A DNA stretch of 64,000 nucleotides from Azolla caroliniana. Lineage: Eukaryota; Plantae; Polypodiophyta. This document shows positions 26,255 through 38,027 of this stretch, one piece after another. Location: assembly GCA_043228905.1 (NCBI GenBank), contig JBHGNT010000004.1, positions 1,488,001-1,552,000 of the forward strand, in the 5' to 3' direction. The first letter of the stretch is position 1, and every line of letters starts with the position of its first letter. Both the position numbers and the translations under genes were made by a program. The notes beneath the pieces are model-generated. The model was given only the letters and a program-made list of their open reading frames with translations. It was not told the DNA's origin and made no database searches.

Positions 26255-26327
26255 TGCGGGATGGAGTAAATGGCCAACTCGTCAGGCTCATGACCTGAAG
26301 ATTGCGGTTCAAACATTGCCCCCGCAC
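26255..26327 (+). pseudogene. trnfM: Degenerate mitochondrial-type tRNA-fMet(CAU), probable NUMT
   Basis: TGCGGGATGGAGTAAATGGCCAACTCGTCAGGCTCATGACCTGAAGATTGCGGTTCAAACATTGCCCCCGCAC. Acceptor stem and anticodon arm TCAGG-CTCATGA-CCTGA are present and close to plant mt trnfM as I recall it; the T arm is damaged. Confidence 0.75.
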
Positions 26328-26713
26328 TACATGTTGTCAACAGTAAAAAAGCAAATGAAGATTATTGTATAATAATCCATGCTTAAGAATGGGAAACTAA
26401 TCAAAGTTTTAACAAGTGCTTATTTTAATAGTAGATAAAACCTTCATTTCTTGCTTGAGATAGTACGCATTTAGGGTGAAACCCAAAATTTTATAGGAGT
26501 TTCAGAATAAAATGCAAACATTATGTCATTATTTTTCCCTTTACAAAACTTTCCAAATGATGAGCTCAAAATATTGATTGGCTTTTGCCAAATGGCCACC
26601 TGTTCTCCTTAACTTTGGTATGAATGTTCTCGGGTGGAGTCATTGCAAGAAAGAGAGAGAGAAGGGGGGGGGGGGGGGGAGATATAGATAGATTAGAGCA
26701 CAATATACCAAAA

Positions 26714-27568
26714 TGTAATATTAAGAATGGGGTCGAGCCTCATAGCAAGGATTGGTGTGTTTTGTCAATGTTATAACTTTCCATACTACAACATAAACTA
26801 CCTAGCCAACAAGAAGAAAGTAAGAAACAATGTTCATAAACCAATCTCCTTCGAAATTTAGTATACTAATGTCGTAACAATATTGAATCTAATATAGAGA
26901 TTAATTATAGGAGATAGTACGAAAGAAAATTGATCACCTTAATGATTGGGATTTGTGCTTGTCATTTGTATTGGCCTTTCATTGATATATCTCTATATTG
27001 TAATATTAAGAATGGGGTCGAGCCTCATAGCAAGGATTGGTGTGCTTTGTCAATGTTATAACTTTCCATACTACAACATAAACTACCTAGCCAACAAGAA
27101 GAAAGTAAGAAACAATGTTCATAAACCAATCTCCTTCGAAATTTAGTATACTAATGTCGTAACAATATTGAATCTAATATAGAGATTAATTATAGGAGAT
27201 AGTACGAAAGAAAATTGATCACCTTAATGATTGGGATTTGTGCTTGTCATTTGTATTGGCCTTTCATTGATATATCTCTATATTGTAATATTAAGAATGG
27301 GGTCGAGCCTCATAGCAAGGATTGGTGTGTTTTGTCAATGTTATAACTTTCCATACTACAACATAAACTACCTAGCCAACAAGAAGAAAGTAAGAAACAA
27401 TGTTCATAAACCAATCTCCTTCGAAATTTAGTATACTAATGTCGTAACAATATTGAATCTAATATAGAGATTAATTATAGGAGATAGTACGAAAGAAAAT
27501 TGATCACCTTAATGATTGGGATTTGTGCTTGTCATTTGTATTGGCCTTTCATTGACATATCTCTATAT
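26714..27568. repeat. 285-bp tandem repeat, 3 near-identical copies
   Basis: TGTAATATTAAGAATGGGGTCGAGCC recurs every 285 bp, and the duplicated ORFs at 26946 and 27231 are 285 bp apart. Confidence 0.95.
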
Positions 27569-30500
27569 AAGACAAATAATCTTATGTGGAAGATGGCCTA
27601 CCAATATTCAACAACATAAAAGGGTGCTCAATTGAACCCAATCTTGTGATGACTTCTTCCTCTAAACTCTCTATTACAAAAGATAATAAATTATTCTATC
27701 ATTTCCATGTGTTAATAATAATAACAAATGTTTGATTGGTCTTTAGTTAAAACAATTACCATTCTCAAGTGACCACTAAGAGAATTTGGAGAGGTAAGAT
27801 ATGGATTACATGAAGAGGAGAGTAACACTACCTAAGAGACCAATAAACATGATCCAAGAGAATACTTAATGTCGAAAATTTCAAGAGTTTTGCACCGATG
27901 TGTGAACATGGAGAAAATGTCATCTTTGACCTTGCAGCCTCAGTCACGAAAAACATTTGATGTAGCAAGTGATGGAATCACAAACTTGATCTTTACTTCA
28001 TCAAGTGAACATGGGCCGAGTTCACCTTACTCAATTGAAATTCATGAAAGTTAGCTCACCAGTAGTCAAAGTTTTTATCTTGAATTTTGCAAGACATGAA
28101 AAGGATGACAATTTGTTTAAAACTTACTTTTCATAAATTTGGGCATTTGGAACTTGGAAGATCTACCTCCTTGCATAAGTTTACCTTCATTAAATTATCA
28201 TAGTGCTCATTAAATAGTTGTGTAATCTATGGTCGTTGCAAAAAGCATTGTTTCCCCAAACCCCAAAAATCGGGGAGTATGATGTATCAACTCGGAGATT
28301 TTTTTAATTCACACAATTGAACGAGAAAGAAATAAAGATATGTTGACGTCTTCTAATACTGAAATTGCCCCATGAGATAAATTGTATTACAATAACGAGA
28401 TGTGTACCCATGAGAAAGAGAGACAGAGAGACAGAGAATGTGTGAGAGAGTGAGTGAGTGAGTGAGTGAGTGAGTGATTGATTGACTGAGCATGAGATTA
28501 TTGTCGTCCTTAGAGATCAAATATGACCTATGGGATCAAAGTGAAACATTTTCACCTATTGTCTGTGAAGTTGGTACATAACTCTAGGTGTTCAAGAATT
28601 TACTAACAAACATTGCAATCAAGAGTGGAAAACGTGACTAAGACAAAAATATGTGATGGATAGATCAAGGTTGAAAATGTGGGGAGAACAAAATTGAATA
28701 TGACCAAAGGTCACACAATGTAGTTGTAGACTATGATAATGAGATTTGTGAACTTGTTCGAGACAAAATGTGTTGTCAATGAGTTTATACATCACCACCT
28801 TGGTATGTCAACTTTTATAACCCAATTCACTTTCAACATATAAAGTTCCAAAAATGTGGTCATCCAATAGTAGCTGAAGGGGGAGGTATTTTTCTCTGTG
28901 TACCAAGCAAGCCTAACCTTGTTTATACTCAATGGTTACTAATTCCATGGAAGAGGAGGGAAAATGGAGGAGGTGGTGCAAACTCATTGCTCAAAATATG
29001 TGTAACTACCATATCCGTTGCTCTCAAAATTTTCTCTAAATATTTAATGTAGAGTAGAGCTCATGGTTTTGCTGGTACCATGAGTGATACCAACATGGTG
29101 TAGTCTTTCCACGTTTTCCCATTCCATATGGTACTCTTTGTGAGCATCGTTTTCTTCTACAATTAGTTGCATACTAATAAAATAGAGTCTTCGGGAGTTT
29201 AGGGCTCGGTCTTTGTCTTCTAAGATTGTATATACATGAATTCTCTATCTCGCGGGCCCTAAGAGCTACAAAATATGGCTATGGCAACAAAGCTTGTAAT
29301 GTTTTGAAGCGAGGAAATCATAAGTAGTTCTTTCGGTCGAAGCTCCTCCAAAGTGGTGAGTGATAGATGAGGGTTAGTTGGGAATCGGGATACGAAGATT
29401 GTGCTTTTCTTGTATGTTGGCCCGAGGTTGATGAATGCTAGGTATGAATACCATCCCTAGCATACCAAGTTGGATTGGTAGAGAGAGAGAGAGAGAGGGA
29501 GAGAGGGAGGGAGAGAGAGAGAGAGAGGCATTGTGTGTGTGTGTGTGTGCACGTATTAATGATGCGGACACATATTACAAAGTGGAGCCGGCGCATGAAA
29601 CGCCTCTTGTTGACTTAAAATAATAATAATAATAATAATAATAAAAGGTAAAAGGAAATTAGAAGAAAAAAAGAAAAGGAAAAGGAAAAGGCATGTGAAT
29701 TGCGTTTAACGAGGATAGTTGACTTATCGACTCTCAAAAAAATCAAAAAATCAAAATTAAGATAATTAAAATGAAAATAACATAAAAATAAGGAAATCCT
29801 TTCCTTGTGTACGATTTCTCTTGCTTCTATTAATTCATTTTTGAATATGTAGATGATAAACTATTATTATATTTTATTTCCTCATAAATTCACTCATCAT
29901 TTACTAAACAGCTTCAGGCTGACAATCCGTAACGGTGACCTTCCTTATCAGCGGTTTTGCAAAAACCGTGGTTTTCTCGAAACCGCTACTAACCAAACCT
30001 CAATGTACCCTTTGCATGCCAAAAATGGCAATGGCATGGCATGAATCACTAGAAATCCCATTTATGAGCTCTTGTCCTCGTGATTCATACCGTGACATCG
30101 AGAATGCTTCCCTTATATATAAGAAATTCCGAGAGTGCAACTTGAATGATCGAACAAAAGATTTGTGTGACATGTCATGAATTTTCATGAAAACCTTGGA
30201 TGTCCTCTTGGCTCCTTGCCCATGTAGAAAGTCTCTCGTTGCTTTCTGAAATTACCAAATACACCTTCTCAAACGTTCAAAGTAGAGTGCGGATGTGAGG
30301 GGACCGACATCGCATTTACCTCATGATATGTTTGTGTTTTACGTCTAGGAAGTGAATACGAGCGAACCAACATTATATTGTATGTGACGTGATATCACAT
30401 TATAACAACAAAGCTAGATGAAGCTTTAGAGGCCCTAACTCCTACTCGCAAGATTCTTATTTATTTTTTCTACAACTAGAAACTCTCTGAGTGTTTATTA

Positions 30501-33500
30501 GGTCTAGGGTACGGAGGTAGGGGGGTGGCAATATGCATACATGATATCATACCTTAAAAATAGAGTTAGATGCAATACCCATGTGGGAACCTTGTGTTGC
30601 AAAACTATGGCCATGGATTTTAAGACTAGGTAGTAGGGAATCTGTTTTTGTACATTCATGATATCATGTATTAACGAGGTTGAACCCCAACCTTAATTGT
30701 CCTACCCATGTGGAAACTTGTTCGTAATTTTGCACAATATGTTTAATGCGAGTGTCAGCACCAAACTTGTAGTTTTACTTGCCATTTAATATTTCTAGAT
30801 TTCCACAAGTATAAATATGAATACAAGCCAATTAGAAAAGCAAGCGACTTGTTTCATCCAAGCCAAAAATTGATTTTGATGTCCATCAAAATGAAGTTGA
30901 TTTAAAGCATTGCCTGGCAGGTAATTATTTTTCGTAGAATACTCTATTGGTTAACACTCCAAAGCTTTGAAAAGGCTAATTTGCCAAACATGTGCAATAA
31001 TGCTTGTTCATTGATGTCCATACTCACCAACATGGTACTATGGTAGTTTGCTAAGCATGTACTGTAATGCTTGTTTATAATCACCAAGTCGGTATCGTGT
31101 GGATGTGATAATGGTATGTGCACGCATTATCATGCTTGTACTTGGACTAAAATAATAGCACAATTTTGTTATAGTGCTTGTGTTATATGGTGGTGTGTTG
31201 ATCTAGCATGTGTTTTGGTTACGATATAAAGTTGGAGATATTTGTGCAACATGAGCACATGAGAAAACATCTAATCTTTCTTGATGACCAATCCAAATTT
31301 TAACATTTCAATAGTCTCCTTTAGATACGCGGTAATAATGTGCAAATTTGTGAGTTTTATGTCATTTGTGTCACACCAATCCAATCATACTTTGATTACT
31401 AGTGTCAAGAAATTGTCAAATCATAGTCAATACACTAACACGATATTTGAATATGGTATTTGGTGAAGGAGAGTAGTAGCATTCAAATACAGTTTGATGT
31501 TAATATCAAGTTTGAGATGAGTGCATATTTAAGCGTTTGTTGTTATTCTGCCACTTGGCGAAAGCATATCCCATGCCTTAGATTCTTTACTAACCCCCAA
31601 ATGCATCAATAGTGCAAGATTTGGTTCATCCCCTTGAAACATCATTGGATCATTTCCAAAGTCTAGCTTATTAGGTTTACAAAGAACCTCTTGAACATGC
31701 AACTCGTAATAAAACAATCACTAAGCGAGACTATTTTTTAGTTGACCTTGTTTCCTTTGTTGTCTCTAATGTAACAAACTCGGAAGTCATTAGTTACAAG
31801 GTCAGAACTTCCTCGTGCTTGTATTGGTGCATCATTAAATTTATAAATACATAAAAGACTAATCTAGGTAGACGCTTAGTTTTGATAAGCTAAATTAGTA
31901 CGTATATTGTATTCAATGGAGGTGGTACGTGATGTAACTTCACAACTACCAATATAAATTCATCTTATTTTCCCTGTATGTGTTTTACAAATGAGTCATT
32001 TCCACGGTAAAGTTATGAAACTTCCACTAGAGCGTTATATGGTCCAAAAGAGTTGATACGACATCAAATAAGGGTAGGTGGCTCTGTAAACATGAAGAAT
32101 ACTATGATAATGAGGGGTAGGAGGTCTAGTTTTGCAAAGGAAACAAATTCTTAAAGAAAGGGTTTGCAATACTAACTTTGTGCGATGACGTTCCAAATGG
32201 CAATAATGTTTTGGGTAGTGATAGAGAGATAGTGCAAGCATATAGAAAGTTTATTCTAGGGGATGGTAAATAAACAATGCATTACATTGGTGAATAAGTT
32301 ATACGTTGGATTTGAACCTACCTAGAGAATGTCAGTGCAATAACGAGACAAACAACTTTAGAGATAAAAATAAATTTCACTCAGAAATCATGTTTCTAGA
32401 GATGTGTCATGCAACTCGTTCCTCTCCTCTACTTTGCAATCTATGCCCTCGTTCATTCACACATCGAATGCCCCCTTTCCTTTGATGTTGATGTTGATGT
32501 TTAACTTTAACTTTATCAGAATTTTTTTGTTTGTTTATCCCTGAAAAGAAAGAAAAAATCATTTAGGAAGGCAAGACATAAATTTGTATTACCATTTTAC
32601 CTCCTTGAGAAAGCCTCTTATTTTCATATAACTCATCTTAGAAATCTAGTTTTCGAATAACTCATGGCAAGCTAGAAAACCTGGTTGGATAGACAACATT
32701 ATAAAAGTGTAAATGTGAATGAATGTGACATCTTTCAATTCCCTGTGTGGACTCATGGCTATTTCCCAAGTAGTTGACGAAACTATATATTGACTATATA
32801 GTTGCTTGACATGGTTTAAAAATCTTTCAACCATCATATTGCCTTGAGAGACGATAAACACATTTAAGAATTTCATGTCATTAAAGTCTTGACCTAGAGA
32901 ACATCCCACAACGACACTTACAAAATTTTCATACATCCATGGTACCTTTAAGGTTTTTTAATATGTCGCAGTTTCTTACTTTGAGTTAAACTTTTATTGC
33001 ATGGAATTCCTTTTCAAGATCATTTCTAATGGATGGAATTCCTTTTCGAAATCCATTTCCTTGATGAATTATTAGCTACATGCACTTGGAGAGGGAGTAT
33101 TAGCGCATGAGCCTATTTCATCCCAAACATGAGAACAATCTTATCCCCTTACATGAAGTTGTTGTGTGGGGTCTCGTCTAAATATATTTTGTCGCATAGT
33201 GTGTGGGGTCTAGGGCCTATGCTCTATGCGTGCACATGGAGCAAAGTGCTAATTATTTTGAATAATAGTGGTCCACAAACAGACACAGACACACATATAA
33301 CGTGATGGTCGATATGGCATGGTTTTTTACCTTCATAGATTGTCTTTCCTTTTTAGCAAATTTTACACATATTTAGAGACCTTTATAAAGGTGGTATTAA
33401 TCCGGTAAGTGACATATCTCCAAAATTCAGTCATGCAATGCATGAATGCTTAAAAATACAATAAAGAGAGGTTAGTGAACCAACCATGGGATCAACAAGT

Positions 33501-35329
33501 CAACTTTGAGTTATGGGAAGGAATGCCAACATAAATATTTCATCATGCAACAAACATGACCCCATGTACACAAGACAACAATTTCAAGCCAATCCATAGT
33601 CGTCATTGATGGACTTGTGAGTATAATATTGACAATATTTCTAAATAGAGAGTGAACAATCTTCCAAATCGAGTTAAAGAGCAAGAAATTACATTGACTC
33701 TAACATTTCAAACAGGATAACATGCATTCAAGCAACATGAGAGAGTTGCAATTTGCATTTACGCATCACATAAGGGACTTTTAGATGCCCCCAAAAACAA
33801 TCTCCCATAGACTCACAATTACGTTTATTACTTCACCATGATGTCGCGGAAGATCTATTAAAAGATCTAGATGTTTCCATGGATACTACACAAAGATATA
33901 CTTGTAGGGTTTTGAGCCCAGATCCAGTTTATTGATGAGCTAAAGCATACATAACAAGGCCTATATACATAATGGTAGGATTTCAAAATTTTGTAAAATT
34001 AAGTTGTTAACAAATATTCCCGCGAATCTGCAAAATTGGGCCAATCTTGTTGATTTTGGGATGTACAAAGATAACCTAGTTTTTCAAAAGCCTTGATTGA
34101 AAAGCAACAATTTGTACATAAAAAGCCCTGAAAGTTTTCCTTTATGGACGACAATGGGGAATGAAACAATGGTGTTCTTTTAGAATAAAGGAGGTGTTGT
34201 GTACGTGTTGAAAAACATAATTTTAATGAAAGTGTAATAATAAAACTTCATTAAAATTTGTTGTAATGATTAAACAACAGAATGTCTCGATATTTGATGG
34301 TCTTTCATCTAAAACATGTCGTAGCTAAGATGTGTCTATACTTTCAATTTCAAAATTAAATGGAATTTTGAATGATGGAAATTAGATACTAAACGATGGT
34401 TATGCCAAGGTTTTTACCTTCAATATCTCAATAATTTGGTGCCTATTATTGGTATCTTCGAGATTGTGATTCAAGTAAAATGTGAACCATCTTAGAACAT
34501 CAATGCAGATTGGACATGAGACCCCCCTCCTAGAAGGAGAGAACACAATGAGAAGAGTGCCCATACACGGGGGTGCCTTATTTTGACATAGGATGGTGAC
34601 TTACGGACTCATACTCACAATGATTGTTTGAAATTAGTTATTAGCAAAGTATTTGAGTATTTCATCTTGTCTTCTTATGACACACACAACACTTTAGAGG
34701 AATATACCATTTCAATTTCAGAACATAAAGACGATCTTTGATCAATGCAACTACAACTTACACTAAAATCCGAAAATCATGCAACTCCAACTTACACTAA
34801 ACGTTGAAAAGAAAATGTAGCTTATAATAAATTGCGGGTATTTTTCAAACACTAAGTAGGCCAAGTGGGAACGAACCACGATCATTCGATGACTGGGTTA
34901 GAGACCTTCCTAAGTGAGATCAAGTTTGTCGGTTTATCCGAATATGAACCGATCCTTGTGTTTACAGCGAGTAGCAATTGTTCGATGACTCAAGGGCTTG
35001 AAACCTTCGTACGAGAGGACGAGGGTTATCCGATTTTAAATAAGAACGAAGCGATTCTTGTGTTTTATATAGATTTCGCAGGCATCTATTTATGCTGATA
35101 AAAATATTATTCATTTCTCCTTCTTCATTTTTAACCATAAGCATTGCAATACATGCAATTATTTTTCATGATATTGGGAGGTAAAATTTATGCAGTCATG
35201 ATTTCACGCCCCCCCCCCCACGGTCGAGGAGTACATAAACGACACAACGAGAACGTATTTTGACACATATGATGGTGACTAGCAGGCTCGGGGCATGACT
35301 CATGCTGACATACATGGATAAGCAAGTGG

Positions 35330-35860
35330 TCATGGATGTATGGCATATGCATGCAATGTATGATTATTGGTCATGTATGTATGTATAATGTATGTATGTG
35401 TGTATTGGAGAGACTTAGTCATATGATAAGGATATGGCCCTATGGGTGGACTGTATGAAGTGTGATGCCATGATGGTTTCACATATGTATATAAGTATGG
35501 GCTGGGGGGTATGTGGATGGATATATGGTCAAAGATCATGTATGTGCGAGGTGCATATGGTACATACATGGCCACATGGTACGGATGCATATTGCATGTG
35601 TGCATGGTCATAGCATGAAAGCAACAGTGATATGATATGGGATGTATGTGGTATCATGTGTGTGCATGCATATATGACCATGTGAGTGTGTATAATGTAT
35701 GTATGCATGTGCATAGCTACTAAAGTCAGTGTATATATGTATGCATTCATGTATGTATGAATGTATGTGTGTGTGTATGTATGTATAGTATGTATGTATG
35801 TGTGTGTGTGTATGTATAGTATGTATGTATGTATGTATGTATGTATGTATGTATATATAT
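35330..35860. repeat. (TATG)n/(TG)n-rich low-complexity tract upstream of WRKY
   Basis: Visible TATG and TG runs; a similar tract fills WRKY intron 2 (about 36930-37160). Confidence 0.85.
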
Positions 35861-36022
35861 ACAAAGTCAGCGCTTCTCTGTCTCTCTGTCTCTCAGCCAG
35901 TGTCTGCTTTCTTTCTTTCTTTCTTCTTCATCAGAACTTAGAGAAGAGAGTGCTCTGTTTCTTGCCCCTGCTCTCTCTCACACAGTAATCTTCCTCCTGT
36001 TCTTTTCTCTTTTGTTTCCGCC

Positions 36023-38027
36023 ATGGATTCTCTCCATATTATTTCTGATGATGGAGACCTTTCTGCTGTTGTTCGCTCAAGCTTCTCTTCTTCTTCTTCT
36101 TCTTCTTCTTCTTCTTCTTCATCTTCTTCATCATCATCATCACCATTATCTAATTCACGAATACAAATAACCCAAATTCCATCTCTATTTCCTTCTTCTT
36201 CTTCACCTTCACCTTCTTCTTCTTCTTCTTCTCCTTCTCCATCCTTTTCTTGTCCTTCTCCCCCTCCTCTGCTCGAGCCCCCTTTCTGTAAAAACCCTAA
36301 CACAAACCTTACCTTTAAACCCAACTCGAATATACCCCTCTTCAAGACCCACCTTCCATTTCCTTCTTTCTTCTCTCCACCACTTGCTTCCATGGCCCCT
36401 TACTGTACAAGTCTTTCATCTCCTCTACGCACTAACACTACCAATAACATCATAAGCAACAACATTAGTAGCAAGAATAATAACAGCAATTGTGGTTATG
36501 GAGGAGGAAGCTTAGTTGCACAGATTCTGGCAGAAGCTGCAGCTTCTCAAGCTATCAGGATGAGCTCCCTCAAACAAGATAAGAATCATTTCCCCCAGGA
36601 ACAAAATCATCCCATCAAAGGAAGGGCTCCCAAAAAGAGGTAACAAAAGGCTACATACATACAGATGCATGTGCACCTTCATACACATTCATTTCTTTAC
36701 CCTAATGTTTCCCCCCCCTAATGTTTGGTTTATAGTAGAAAAGCACAGCAAAAAAGGGTTGTATATATGCCTGCCACTGGGGCTGGGGGTGCTAATTCAA
36801 TTAGCAGAGCTGGTGCTACAGGGGAAACCATTCCTTCTGATCTTTGGGCCTGGAGAAAATATGGCCAAAAACCCATCAAGGGTTCACCTCACCCAAGGTA
36901 CTAGACATATCTGTATCTGTATATATCAGTCAGTATGTGTGTATGCCTGTATATGTATGTGTATGTATGTATGTGTGTCTATATATGTATGTATATGCAT
37001 GTGTCTCTTTGTAATTGTATGTATGTATATATGTATATATGTATATATGTATATATGTGTGTATGTATGTGTGTGTGTATGCATAGATGTGTGTGTGTGT
37101 ATGTATGTATGTATGTATGTATGTATGCATGTATGTATGTGTTTATGTATGTATATATTTTCGTATATACATTCAGATACACACATCTCCATGGATATAA
37201 ATTTACAACAATTGCCTTCATTTGGGGTCTAAATGTTTATTTAGGTGCTGATGTGAATTAGTTTATGTTGTCTTTTTGCACTTTGCAGGGGTTATTATAG
37301 ATGTAGTAGCTCCAAGGGCTGCCCTGCCCGGAAGCAAGTAGAGAGGAACCCCGCCGACCCATCGGTGCTTGTGGTGACCTATACGTCCGACCATAACCAT
37401 CCTTGGCCCACCCATCGAATCAATGCATTGGCCGGATCCACGAAGCCTTCACACTCACAATCCACGGTCACGGCAATGAGCTCAAAAACCATGACTACAA
37501 GTTCGATGCAAGAGAAGTCTCCTTGTAGCAATAGTGAGCTTAGTACTCCAGATTGTCTTGATATCGAGGATGAGGAGATCGAGCCCTTGGCATTGTCGCC
37601 TCATTCGAATCATGATGCAATGATTGGTGATGTGGGGTTGTCACCCCATTCGGATCATGATGGGATTGGGGAGATGAGATCGAGGCAACAATATGGAGAG
37701 GAAGGGACCATAGCCGATGAGAGAGCAACTCCGACGGACATGTGTTCGACTCCAATGGCCTCTAGCTTGAACATAAGAACGGCTTGTTTGTTGCCCACGG
37801 TGTCTTTGTTGGATTCCGCTTCTTGTGCCGAAGATGCCACATCGTACATGCACCATCATCACGATCACACGCTTTTTGCAGACATGTTTGACGAGTTTCA
37901 TAGGCAAAATAGATCCAATGGTGTAGAAGTAGATGTAGAGGAAGGTGTGCCAAACTATGAAGTAGATCCTTTTAATCTCTTCAATTGGTCCTCCTCTACC
38001 ATGGCTTCAGCACAACCAATGATGTAG
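36023..38027 (+). CDS. WRKY: WRKY transcription factor, group IIe-like. Exons 36023-36639, 36739(or 36736)-36897, 37289-38027
   Basis: Spliced domain [23 protein letters not shown]|[40 protein letters not shown] has a C-X5-C-X23-H-X-H finger and the conserved PR intron. The N-terminal DGDLSAVVR motif is typical of group IIe. Confidence 0.95.

Noticed and set aside
26946-27431. Two near-identical 66-aa hydrophobic ORFs
   Set aside because: They are by-products of the 285-bp tandem repeat, start at TTG and show no gene structure.
29600-29730. Two W-boxes (TTGACT) as a WRKY autoregulatory element
   Set aside because: They lie more than 6 kb from the ATG, and a 6-mer is expected by chance in AT-rich DNA.
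35330-37261. Many His/Thr/Tyr/Ile- or Cys/Val/Met-rich ORFs, and the acidic ORF 35938-36393 (-)
   Set aside because: These are translations of TATG/TG microsatellites and of the antisense strand of the WRKY poly-Ser exon.
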